In this document: positions 1 through 11,808 of the stretch, one piece after another
How the letters are laid out: each line of letters opens with the position of its first letter
How positions within the stretch are numbered: the first letter of the stretch is position 1
DNA from: Zygnema circumcarinatum SAG 698-1b
Lineage: Eukaryota; Plantae; Zygnematophyceae
Direction: 5' to 3'
NCBI GenBank assembly: GCA_037447605.1
Contig: CM074811.1
Coordinates: 2,418,001 to 2,482,000, forward strand
DNA: 64,000 bases
Notes under the pieces: generated by a model
What the model saw: only the letters and a program-made list of their open reading frames with translations
What the model was told of the DNA's origin: nothing
The model's database searches: none
Program-made: the position numbers and the translations under genes

Positions 1-1332
1 CAAGGTCTGACTCCCCCTAATCCGGGGGAATTTCTTGGGTAACGAAAAGTCCTCGGGTGGAAAATATTAGGGTATCTTAGTTTATACTAAATTCGGGAAT
101 TTACAACGGCCATGGTCAATGTCTGACTCCCCCTTGGCGGGGAAGAAGACAAAAGAATTCCGCGCAATTAGTTAGGTACTGAATTCACATACGGTTAATA
201 GCAGGAATTTCCGGGAAATGAGGTCTCGCCACGTCACCATCATTAAAACCCAGGAACCTGCCGCCCACAATAAATAATAATGTGATATCCGACGTGGCGC
301 GCTGTCGACTGTCCGATGGACCCGACCGCAACTACTGGCCGTCCGATGCGTGAACGGCCGCGAGAGATATGCGGCGCCTCCAGGACGACCGAACGATTGG
401 TCCGCGGCCGGCCGGGGCTTTTGTGACGTCATACATTCCAGTTGCGCCATTATGGCCATCTGACCGCAGCCAACCAGTGAGCTTGGTTGACTTTTGACGT
501 GTCATGCATCACATTGACTGCGCATATTCCGCGTGTCTGCCAGCTGGCATTTCGGGCCGGCGGCCTTGTCCTGACTAGGGATGGATTAATTACGACTATA
601 TAATATGGGTAGTGATATTTCCACCCCTTTTTTGGATCCAAACACCCCTTCCCGGCCGGGCAGATTTCAAAAGGGATTAAAAACAGAAAATGCTTTTTTC
701 ATACCTTTTTGAAATCGATACCCACCTTCTTCCGTCGGCTGATTTTATTTTTGCTAACCAAGGAAAATGATACCCCGTCGCATTTTACCGTCAATACTGT
801 ATCCCGCCTCCCTGAATTTATTTTTTGAGGGAAAGAAATATCTGCCTGCCCGAATCCACTCGGAGTGGAAGATCCGTCCGCCACGAGATCGTTCGCGGGT
901 GTCCGTCCTTCACACGTGTGTGTCAATCGCAGCTGTCGATTCCCTCGCAGATCACACCACTGCAGATCACCGTTCGATCTGCAGGCGGCCTCGATCTTAG
1001 CGAATGGAAAGCGCCCACGAGTCCCGTCAATGCCAAATCGCACCTGCGAGTGCGCGCGTCCTTCGGCCCGAGATCTCGTCAATTGTTAGCTCCCAGCCAA
1101 TAAACATATGTCACGTGTTACATTTTTGACGTGGAAAATTTTGATTGGTCTACGATCTCAATGTACAAAATTTTGGGTTCCTCAAGTTGCGACCGTACGA
1201 CATTTGTACGGACAAACTTTTGAGAGGACTTTGGCGGGATACGTGGGCACGTGCCATGCGCTGTGACCGAGCCCGGCTGCAGATCAAATAGTGATCTGCC
1301 GTGTTGCGATCTGCGAGGGAATCGACGGCTGC
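1..1332. repeat. Direct duplicate of 2060..3391 (offset 2059 bp), ending at the N-gap 1333..1342
   Basis: The sequence and every six-frame ORF recur at +2059 (e.g. 172..459 = 2231..2518). Copy 1 stops exactly at an assembly gap, so it may be a contig overlap or haplotig artefact rather than a true tandem duplication. Confidence 0.9.
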
Positions 1333-1664
1333 NNNNNNNNNNAAATGAGTGAGAGTGCTGCGGGCACCAGGAGGGAAGTTTCCATGGACAGTGAAGAGGG
1401 AGAAAGGGTGGAAGGTGAATTTGCTTCTCATCCCTCTGCCCCTCTCACAAATAGGTCAGGGCTGCGTTGTTGTGCGTAGGCGTAGTTTTTCTCTCTTAGC
1501 TTCGTTTTATTGTGTTTAGGTCCTTTGCGACCAGTCCCCTCGTGGTTCCACATTTTGCTTTTGTCCATGTACATTTGATGGCCTTCGTGAGTTTAATGAA
1601 ATTTTCCTTCTCCTTGACCATCGCCAAATCACTTTCGTAAGCCTGTCGGGCGAATTAAGCATTA

Positions 1665-2076
1665 GGGGGAGTCAGACCTTGACCATCGCCCGCGGAATTG
1701 AAAGATTCCGCCGGCGGAAAGGTATTGATTTCGATTGCAGAATTCGGGAAACCGCGGCTCCCCCCGAACCTGTCTGTCCCGTCCGTACTTCGAAATAGGT
1801 TACAAACATGAGATACAGGCTCGGGCGCCGAGCCTGTCGAACGTCCACTTTTGGCGAAAAAGGCCTGCCGTACAACGCGGAATTGGCCCGACGGGCTCGC
1901 GGAATTGGTTTGGCGCTGGTCAAGGTCTGACTCCCCCTATTGGCTAGGTGCGCATTTCGGTACGGATGTGTACGGCGGAGCCGCGGATCCCGAACCGAAT
2001 TCGTACACGAAAGAAGTGACTTTTAGTGTAAGGAATTCGGGAATTTCCTAAGGGATGGTCAAGGTCTGACTCCCCC
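1665..2076. mobile_element. MITE with terminal inverted repeats and TA flanks (Tc1/mariner-type TSD)
   Basis: ATTAGGGGGAGTCAGACCTTGACCATC (1661..1687) is the exact reverse complement of 2054..2080. TA lies immediately outside the G5/C5 termini. Extra right-end copies occur at 1917..1940 and about 2172..2192. Superfamily assignment is inference. Confidence 0.7.
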
Positions 2077-2634
2077 TAATCCGGGGGAATTTCTTGGGTA
2101 ACGAAAAGTCCTCGGGTGGAAAATATTAGGGTATCTTAGTTTATACTAAATTCGGGAATTTACAACGGCCATGGTCAATGTCTGACTCCCCCTTGGCGGG
2201 GAAGAAGACAAAAGAATTCCGCGCAATTAGTTAGGTACTGAATTCACATACGGTTAATAGCAGGAATTTCCGGGAAATGAGGTCTCGCCACGTCACCATC
2301 ATTAAAACCCAGGAACCTGCCGCCCACAATAAATAATAATGTGATATCCGACGTGGCGCGCTGTCGACTGTCCGATGGACCCGACCGCAACTACTGGCCG
2401 TCCGATGCGTGAACGGCCGCGAGAGATATGCGGCGCCTCCAGGACGACCGAACGATTGGTCCGCGGCCGGCCGGGGCTTTTGTGACGTCATACATTCCAG
2501 TTGCGCCATTATGGCCATCTGACCGCAGCCAACCAGTGAGCTTGGTTGACTTTTGACGTGTCATGCATCACATTGACTGCGCATATTCCGCGTGTCTGCC
2601 AGCTGGCATTTCGGGCCGGCGGCCTTGTCCTGAC

Positions 2635-3975
2635 TAGGGATGGATTAATTACGACTATATAATATGGGTAGTGATATTTCCACCCCTTTTTTGGATCCAA
2701 ACACCCCTTCCCGGCCGGGCAGATTTCAAAAGGGATTAAAAACAGAAAATGCTTTTTTCATACCTTTTTGAAATCGATACCCACCTTCTTCCGTCGGCTG
2801 ATTTTATTTTTGCTAACCAAGGAAAATGATACCCCGTCGCATTTTACCGTCAATACTGTATCCCGCCTCCCTGAATTTATTTTTTGAGGGAAAGAAATAT
2901 CTGCCTGCCCGAATCCACTCGGAGTGGAAGATCCGTCCGCCACGAGATCGTTCGCGGGTGTCCGTCCTTCACACGTGTGTGTCAATCGCAGCTGTCGATT
3001 CCCTCGCAGATCACACCACTGCAGATCACCGTTCGATCTGCAGGCGGCCTCGATCTTAGCGAATGGAAAGCGCCCACGAGTCCCGTCAATGCCAAATCGC
3101 ACCTGCGAGTGCGCGCGTCCTTCGGCCCGAGATCTCGTCAATTGTTAGCTCCCAGCCAATAAACATATGTCACGTGTTACATTTTTGACGTGGAAAATTT
3201 TGATTGGTCTACGATCTCAATGTACAAAATTTTGGGTTCCTCAAGTTGCGACCGTACGACATTTGTACGGACAAACTTTTGAGAGGACTTTGGCGGGATA
3301 CGTGGGCACGTGCCATGCGCTGTGACCGAGCCCGGCTGCAGATCAAATAGTGATCTGCCGTGTTGCGATCTGCGAGGGAATCGACGGCTGCGATTGACCG
3401 CACGCGTGAAAAAAAATTCATGTAGGCGGGATATTCAAATGGGGTGACGGGTTATCATTTTCCTTATTTCGCAGAAATAAAATCTGCCGATGGAGGGTGG
3501 TATCGATTCCAAGAAGGTGTGAAAAAAGCATTTTCCGTTTTTAATCCTTTTTGAAATCTGCCCGGCCGGGAAGGGGTGTTTGGATCCAAAAAAGGGGTGG
3601 AAATATCACTACCCTATAATATATATTATATTATACAACTGTGACGACTAGATAACGGCTGATATATATTAATTTACAACGCCTTTACAACATGCACGGT
3701 CGTACGGTCATACGACTGTACGGTATTATGCGGCCCGAGCACGAGCAGACAGAGAAAACCATTGAACGCATTTCGCAACGCCAACGCCAAAACGACCTAA
3801 TTTTGGTATGGTACGACCGTACGACCGTACTCGTTCGGTCGAACGGTCGTTAATTGTTCAAAACGAGTGGGTATAATATATATAATAAAGTGTTTTACTT
3901 TGTAATATATTACTAATTTTAAACCCGTTGTAAATTATATAATATATTCAGAATTTATAACGCGGGCCATCCCTA
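2635..3975. mobile_element. Non-autonomous hAT (Ac/Ds-like) element carrying a nested foldback MITE
   Basis: TIRs TAGGGATGG (2635) and CCATCCCTA (3967..3975); perfect 8-bp TSD GTCCTGAC at 2627..2634 and 3976..3983. TAGGGATG termini with an 8-bp TSD are hAT hallmarks. A partial duplicate starts at 576. Confidence 0.9.
2666..3614. mobile_element. Long-TIR foldback (Mutator-like) MITE nested inside the hAT element
   Basis: Termini GGGTAGTGATATTTCC...GGAAATATCACTACCC. The inverted match is near-perfect for about 100 bp and continues more degenerately inward. 8-bp TSD TATAATAT at 2658..2665 and 3615..3622. Other copies of the family are at 607..1332 and 63363..63887. Confidence 0.85.
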
Positions 3976-4454
3976 GTCCTGACTCCTGAGTCCTGACGCG
4001 CCCTGCGCCCCCGCTAGCTACCGCCGTCCTGTACGGTCGTCCTCAAATCTACCATCATCAAATATTTCGTTGAAATTTGAAATTAGTAGTTGAATTTCTT
4101 GACCGACGCTGATTGGTCCACAACTCGCGTTTTTTGGCTCGCGTCGTCCTCTTGGCATGTCGGTGGCATATGTTAAAATGTCGGTGGAAGCATCCAGATG
4201 GTACATCATATCTGTGCCCCTATCCCATCGCGTACATCATGTCAACATCATGTCGGTAGCCGTATCCCACCCGTCCCAAGTCAACGCGCCAACGTCCCTG
4301 TCCCAGGCCTTGGCGGAGGTAGGCGGCCTCCTATAAAGAAGTCCCCTCCCCTCCCCTCCCTGCCCCGCCCCTCCCCGCCCCTCCCCGCCCTCTCCTCGCC
4401 TCTGGCCGCCCCCGCGTCCCGTCCCGTGGTGTCTCCGGCGGGCGCTTGGCCGCG

Positions 4455-7400
4455 ATGGCGCGCGCGCGGTCTCTCTCTCTCGCGGCGGCGCTCCTCCTCT
4501 TTGCCGCCGCCGCCGCCCCGCGCGAAGCCGCCGCTCAGGCCATCGACCCGCGAGACAGTGAGCCGCCGCGGCCCGCCCGCCCGCCCTCTGTGGAAGAAGG
4601 GGAGAGGCGGCCTGCCCGCGGCGGGGCCTCTGTTTGTGCTTTTTGAAGCGGACCGCGGCCACAATCCAATCCTGCATCTGCTCGCGCTTGGGCGCAGGGA
4701 ACACTCTTCTCGCTGTCAAAGCGGCATTCAACAACGCATCACAGCTCACCTCCTGGACAGCGAGTAACACCAACTGCAGCAACTGGGAGGGGATCACATG
4801 CGATGCAAGCGGGCGCGTTACTAATCTGTGAGTCACACTTTAACTAAACACCGCTGCAGCTGCGAAGAGGGTCTGCGGGAAGTAGCCTCCTCAGAAAGTG
4901 GCAAAGAAGGGCCGCCCGGAGCAGTCCTTCTCCTGCCCGCGGCCCTTTCTTCTTCTGACGCTCTCCCTGCTAACCTGCCTTACGAAATGCTAGTCATGTC
5001 ATGTCATGTCACGTCACGGAGTTTTATGGTCCTACGGCGTTGAAGGAACCATTTAACCTGCCATCGGTAACCTGAAAGAGATGAAAAAATTGTGAGACAA
5101 TCCATCACATAAAGTGCCACTGATAGAAATGCTAGTCGTGGCAGCATGTTTATGCAGTGCCTTTATTTTTGTTTTTGGCAGAGACTTGTACTCTAATTCC
5201 CTAACGGGGTTTATCCAGGATTCTATCGGCAACCTTGCGAATCTGCAATACTTGTAAGTATTTTTCCTCATAAATCTGAAATGAAAGTGATAGAAATGCC
5301 AAAAAGAAGAATGCCAGTGATAGAAATGCTAATCTTGGCAGCATGTTTATTCCGTGCCTATTTTCTTTATTTTTTGCAGATCCTTGTCTAATAATTCCCT
5401 GACGGGGTTTATTCCGGATTCTATCGGCAACCTTGCGAATCTGCAAATATTGTAAGTATTTTTCCCCATAAATCTGAAATGGAAGTGATAGAAATGTTAG
5501 ACAGAGGAATGTCAGTGAAAGAAATGCTCGTCGTGGAAGCTTGTTTATTTAGTGCTTATTTTCCTTATATTTTTCAGATACGTTGATCGAAATTCCCTAA
5601 CGGGGTCTATTCCGGATTCTATCGGCAACCTTGCGAATCTGATGACATTGTAAGTTTTTTTCCCCATAAATCTGAAATGAAATTGATAGAAATGTCAGGT
5701 AGAGGAATGCCAGTGATTGATATGCTAGTCGTTGCAGCATGTTTATTCAGTACCCCCTTTTTTTTTTTTTGGCAGAGTCTTGTCTGGTAATTCCCTAACG
5801 GGGTCTATTCCGGATTCTATCGGCAACCTTGCGAATCTGAAGTACTTGTAAGTGTTTTTCCTATAAATCTGAAATGAAATTGATAGAAATGCCAGACAAA
5901 GGAATGCCAGTGATAGAAATGCTAGTCATGGCAGCATGTTTATTCAGTGCCTTTTTTTTTTTGGCAGACGGTTGGATTCGAATTTCCTATCGGGGTCTAT
6001 CCCGGATTCTATCGGCAACCTTTCAAATCTGGACATAATGTAAGTTTTGAAGAATCTGAAAGCCCCTCGCCCCGTATCAGATCTTACTGACGTGTCGAGA
6101 ATCTTCCAACCAATCACGTCGCAGTGCCAGATGCCCTGCGCCACTCCCCCGACCCGTCCGCCGCCGTCCCACTCTCTCGCCGGCCCGCTCTCTCTCCTCC
6201 TCCTGCCGGTGCCGGCCCGCGAGCGGCCTTCCGCCCTTGAGAGGTCCCTTGGCGGCATCGCCTCCTTTATGCCGCGCTGCGCAAAGCCCTCCGCTCTCCA
6301 TGGAGGAGGAGATGCCGGGCAGCTGCTCATTGGTCGGTTGGCACGTGGCAACTTCGAGCTTGGGTTTGCATTTGAGCAATCATTGAACCAGTTTCAATTT
6401 TTTTTTTTTCTTTTTCTGCCGCAAAACGTCCGCCGAGCTCGTGAAGATATTTATGAAGATTGGCGGATGCTAATTCGCATGCAGAGGCTTTACTAATTCT
6501 GAGGGGCGTCATCCCGAACTCTATTGAGAATCTTTTGCGAATCTGTATGATTTGTGTGATTTGTATGGCTTGTTTTCTGAATTTAGAAGTGCAGTGACTC
6601 GTTGCATCTTGCAAAGCAGCAACTTTCGATGTTGTGTGTCCGTGATTGCGTGGCAAATCTTTGCCGTGTAGTTTTTTTCACTCTTCGTGTGTATACACGA
6701 GTAAATTTTAATCTCGCACTGCGTTTTTGTGAGACTGCGTTTGAGAATTAGACTATAGAACGTGGAGTTGAATACCTGATTTATTCCTGTTTAGTCCAAA
6801 ACCAGCCTTATATTTTTCGTTGATTTTTTTGTCGTTGCGTATGTCTGTAGGGACCTGAGCAGCAACAAACTGGAGGGGAGAGTGTCCGGCTTCATCTCTA
6901 AACTCACCCATCTGTGGTACCTGTAAGCACCGCTGCATCGATCACGCTGTATCTGCAGTTTGAATTTTTGCTCTCGGCCGAGCATTTGCACCTCTCAAAC
7001 TATTACATTTATTTCGCGCTTGCATGAGTTTTAAGTTTATGCCATATTTTTGGTCACTTCTGTCAGGGCGCGGGCTTTTTTGACGCCCAATAACGCGCAC
7101 TTTTTGCATGCAAGAGATTGGACTTCGTCGTAGAGAATTTAGGATTTAGAGTTTACGGATTGGGGTTGGGGTTCAGACTCTAAATTGTAGGCCATAAAGT
7201 TCGAGGGGTTTTAAGGGCTTATCAGTTAAAGGATTCAGAAGCTATGGGGGTTTAGTGGCTTCAGGGTTGATGGGATTGCAGGCAGAATGGGTGTAGGGAA
7301 AGGCTTAGAGATTTAGGGGTTCACTATTTGCAGGCTGCAGGTTGTGTAGGGTCGTGAAGGAGTCAGAAACTTTGCAGACAGCACGAGCGAATGTTTTCAG

Positions 7401-10400
7401 TGGCTATGACACAAGGAAGACTTGAATGGGTTTTGTTGGAAAGTTCCTCTCTCTCTCTCCCTCTAACGCGCCACCCTTATTGTCATCAGGTACTTCAACA
7501 ACAACAAATTGACTGGCTCCATAACTCTTGCTAGCGATTACCTTCAGGACCTAGAGATCCAATACAACTACTTCTCCGGGCCAATCAACATTACAAAGAA
7601 CGGGCAACCTTATTGCTCCTCCAACTACAACAACTTCAACTGCATTTATCGCAATATCACAGGATGTGGCGCAGCTCAAGCGCAGAAATCTCCGCAAGAG
7701 TGCGCGGCCTTCTGCCAGAGCGGTTCGCCCGAGGGAGCGTGCGGGGGCCGCGGCACGTGCGGGTACGGCAAGGCCACGTGTGCATGCGACAAGGGATATG
7801 CGCTGACAGCGGACACGTGTGGTGAGTTGCAACCTGCTGCATGTAGATACTCGTAAGAAAGGAAAAGTAAAGGGTGGCATACATTGTGGAAACTATCGCA
7901 TTGCTTTCAAATTTTACATAGTTTTGCTGTCAGAGCACACTTAATGCGATCCATGTGATTCAGCCAATAGTAGAGGTTCACTTCTCGAAATTCTAGAAGT
8001 ATATCCCAAATATTACTTGGTGAACTCTGCAAGCTCATTCAGAACATTGTGTAGAGTTTACTAGGATGTATCGAGAGTGCCGCTTCGATATCATGTTTGA
8101 AGCTTTTGATAATCTTTTCGACCCATCCAAATCGCGTGCAAGCTACAACATATCTCGGCTTCATTTGCAGTAGCTAGACAACCTGCGAGTTTGACATCGT
8201 TGCTTTTCAAAGAAAAAGTTGCATAGCCCGAGAGGAATGACATAAGAATTTGAATTTCCGTAGAGATGCATAGCCTGAGAGGCACATAGATGATGAAATC
8301 TCACGTCAAAAGACATAAGATATAAGCTTATTTTCACTCTGAAGGGTTTTCATTTCGTTCCGCATCCTCCCAGAACGTTTATAAGACGTGTTTCGAATAA
8401 CATATGTAAGATATGGAATAAGTGAATCCACCTTTAACTGTAAATGGGAACTCACGAAATGCTCTGAATTTCTGCAGTTTCAGCACCCCCTCCTCCACCC
8501 CCTCCTCCACCCCTTTCTCCGCCTTCACCACCCCCTCCTCAACGTCTCCCTCCGAGTCCTTCTCCTTCAGTCGTTTCTTCCCTGCCCGATGGTGGTACAC
8601 TTCGCCTTCTCCCTTGCCACCTCCTATGGCTTCTGCTGGGTCGTTTTCCGGTCTGTTCTTGTTTTTCTTGTGATAAGTTTTGAATGATTTGATTCGAGTC
8701 GCACGACATGAAGATCACCACAAAGTTGCGTCGCAGTCGTTGAATTCTTGTTTTGTTATCTTGAGGCTATCTGATGGGAAGTTAGTAGTTTTCTTTTGAC
8801 GTGAGATCCGACATAATCCTCTTCACAAGAAGCTAAGAGTTATCTTATTGCATCAAATTCTTAGGGAGGTCAACAGGACGCGCACATGTAAATAATGTAT
8901 AATATGTTCTATGCTGATCTGCAGAACGAGTTCTGCTGAGTTTCAAAGCGGCAATTGTATGCGATCTTAAAAACAAGTCAGGCAACTAAAAACCTGCTGT
9001 TGTTTCGTGCCAATGGAGCGGAGTGATGTGTGATGATAATCAGGTCCTCTTTTAATGTACGTATTGATGTTTGAGGTGCAGTCGATCATGCTCAACGGAT
9101 GCTCCATACAGTGAGGTTTATTGATCAGCCATTCTAATTCCTATGTATTGCTATCGGTTTTGTAACAGCTGCAGGTGACAAGAAATCGAGTCAAAAACTT
9201 GTTCCTATTGTTGCTGGAATAGCAGCTGCTGTTGGCCTTATTTCCGTAGCAGCGTTCATTGTATTCGTTTGGTGGATGCGCCGACGCAGAAGAGCTTCAT
9301 ATGAAGGTGCATAGGATGGCCTGTTGCTCCTTTCCCTTGCTTCCTCCTCTCTCTGCCACGCATGCACATCGCAACTATCTCCGGCTCATGCTGTGCACTA
9401 TCTTCAATTTCGTTCATCCTTATTCATCGACCGCCTCTTACAGTTCACTTTGCTTTCTCAAAAAAAGCGTGCCTCTCCTAATAGATCCCTCCCGTGAAAC
9501 AACGCATAGACGACGATAAACTGTCTACCGTCTCTTTCCCTTGATTCAAACACAACAAGCAATACATTACTCACATGACACTATACACAGCAGTTTGGGC
9601 ATATTTTTGCTCCACTCTCGTTCTGCTGCATATCTGAGTTTGACAAAACCAATTCCTTCTTATTTTTCCTCGTACAGACGTGCCAGGAGGGATGCTCTCC
9701 CGGGGGGCAGGCAGAGGCATCATTCAGTTGCCGGGAGGACATCTCATTCAAGCTTTGACCCTTGAAGAAGTTGCAGCAGCAACTGCAAACTTCAGTGCCG
9801 AGAACATCCTTGGAAAAGGAGGATATGGAACAGTCTACAGAGGGACTGCTCCTGATGGCTCCGTTTGGGCAGTCAAGAAAGCGTTGCGAGTGAGCGATGG
9901 AGAGGTCAACTCATTCTTTGAAGACGAGGTGGGTTCCATGACTGCATGGCAGAGGGAGTTTACTCTTCAGGAGAGAGCAGGTTGTGTGGAATGCTGATGC
10001 ATTTGGTTGAGTTCTTATCTTCATTTCATTATCTCTTCCAAAGGTCTTACCTCCATTCGCTGCCGATAATCATATGCAATGACTTGCACTTGCAGGAGAG
10101 GCTGCTGATATTGGGAGGGGAGGAAGTGCAGGTCAAACTGATCGCACCCATGGCGCACCGCAACTTGGTCTCTTTGAAGGGATTCTGTGCGGAGAAGGGA
10201 GAGCAGATTCTCATATATGAATTTGTGGCAAACGGAACCCTAAAGCAGCACCTCAAGCTCGATCCAAGTGAGGCCCCTTTCTCGATCACGCATTCTTGAG
10301 TGAAGGATTTGCTTCCATTGCCTGCATTCTAAAGCCTTGCAAAGCCCGACCATTTCCTCGTGGTTCCTTAAGTTCATTTTTTCCATGTACATTTGATGTC

Positions 10401-11808
10401 ATCATCGCCATCGTGAGATCAATGCCACATCATTTCCCCGAAGAAAGCAAAGGTTTAGCCAGACTTCGTGTTATTTTTCTATTTTACGGCTGAACAAATA
10501 AGAAAACGTCATTGAAACATAATAGCATGTTTATCCATTTTCAAAGGTATTCGTGTGCCTAGCTAGCCTAGCTCTAAGCTCATTGAAATGTTCTAACTTG
10601 AGCTAATCCGTTTGTTTCTTTCTGTTTGCTTTGTACACAGAGGTCGGCGGAGTCCCCTTAAGTTTCTTGCAGCGTTTGGAGATTGCCATCGGCTCTGTGC
10701 GAGGGTTGCAATACCTGCACAGCTTCGGGAAGGAGCCGGTCATCCACCGAGACATCAAGTCGGAAAACATTCTCCTTGATGCGAACATGCAGGTGAGAGC
10801 CGCACATGCCTTATTCAAACACATGAATACATCTTTTGAAAATACCCGAGTTTACCTCTCTCTGCCTATCTCAACATCCACATGTTTATTATGCTCTATT
10901 TGACTGTTCCACCCTCTGCAGGCCAAAGTAGCAGACTTCGGTCTATTGAAGCCCTTGAATGAAGAGGCGAGCTACGTGTCAACTCGCATTGCAGGAACAT
11001 TCGGTTACATGGATCCTGAGTACCGTCGTCTTCAGCGTGTTACAACAAAGAGTGATGTGTATAGGTAAACACTGTGCAGAGGGTTAGAGAGGGAAGGAGG
11101 GTGCGAAAGGGCAGCGGATGAGAGTTACAAAAAGGGTCTATGCTCCAACCAGTTTAAAGCAGTTCAACACATATGTGCCGTCTGTGGCTAATGGTGTGAT
11201 CTTTGCATGGATGGCTGCAGCTTCGGAGTGGTGCTCTTGGAGCTAATCACAGGGCAGAAGCCGGTCGTATTGGCTGACCGGCCTACAGGAATACAACAGT
11301 CAGTAGAGCACATCACACTGGTAGAGTGGGTGAGTTTTGAAGCGCCCTATATCAACGTCGGATTTTGATTCAACTTTTTAGTTTTCTTTCCCAGCCTTCG
11401 TCCTTCTTGCTTCTTGTTTTGTCTGTAACAGCTTAGATGTGACTATAGTTTTGAGTCCTTTATTTTCTCTTGTTTGCTCAGGTGAATCTGCGAGCTCAAA
11501 CTGGGAATTGGACAGCCATAGTTGATCCACTCCTTAAGGAGGATTACCCCCTTGAAGGCGCCAAGAGGTTCATTCAGCTTGCAAGATTATGCACACAAAT
11601 GGAGAGCCGAGTGAGGCCGAGCATGGAGGAGGTTACAAGAATCCTTGAAGAGATTAAGTCTGGAGGGGCTGTGGACTTGGAGAAGGACATTGAAACAATA
11701 CCGAATCAAAGGATCCCTTCCCCTTACCAACAGGAACTCGGCTTCATAACAACAAGCTCAAGTGAAAGCTTTATTCCTCCACTTTCGCAACGTCCAGGGA
11801 TCCGGTAA
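4455..11808 (+). CDS. LRR receptor-like Ser/Thr kinase: signal peptide, LRR N-cap, LRRs, EGF-like Cys module, Pro-rich stalk, TM, RD kinase
   Basis: Exons about 4455-4557 (signal [20 protein letters not shown]), 4698-4827 (LRR cap [19 protein letters not shown]), 72-nt LRR exons 5182-5253, 5380-5451, 5578-5649, 5776-5847, 5968-6039, 6851-6922, then 7490-7821 (LRR end plus CGGRGTC..CACDKGY..C), 8478-8594 ([20 protein letters not shown]), 9169-9306 (TM + RRRRR). Kinase exons 9678-9928 ([13 protein letters not shown]), 10132-10267, 10641-10792 ([11 protein letters not shown]), 10922-11064 ([13 protein letters not shown]), 11221-11329, 11482-11808. GT-AG sites and phases are consistent. Confidence 0.93.
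5020..5091 (+). pseudogene. Dead 72-nt LRR exon inside the RLK gene
   Basis: Reads (L)[22 protein letters not shown](L) in the same phase-2 frame as the other LRR exons. The donor GTGAG at 5092 is intact, but the acceptor is CGG instead of CAG and there is an in-frame TAA. Confidence 0.75.
5092..6045 (+). repeat. Tandem array of about 198-bp exon+intron units (five LRR exons)
   Basis: Exon starts at 5182, 5380, 5578, 5776 and 5968 (periods 198, 198, 198, 192). Introns share ATAAATCTGAAATG..TGATAGAAATG and GCAGCATGTTTA-like blocks. Confidence 0.9.

Noticed and set aside
172-3421. Numerous short ORFs repeated at +2059 and again near 63455-63928
   Set aside because: They fall inside MITEs or duplicated non-coding DNA, overlap on both strands and show no protein motifs.
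6047-6496. GC-rich 149-aa ORF and promoter-like segment (CCAAT, CACGTG) in an RLK intron
   Set aside because: No recognisable domain, splice pattern, TIR or TSD. Treated as intronic sequence of unknown origin.
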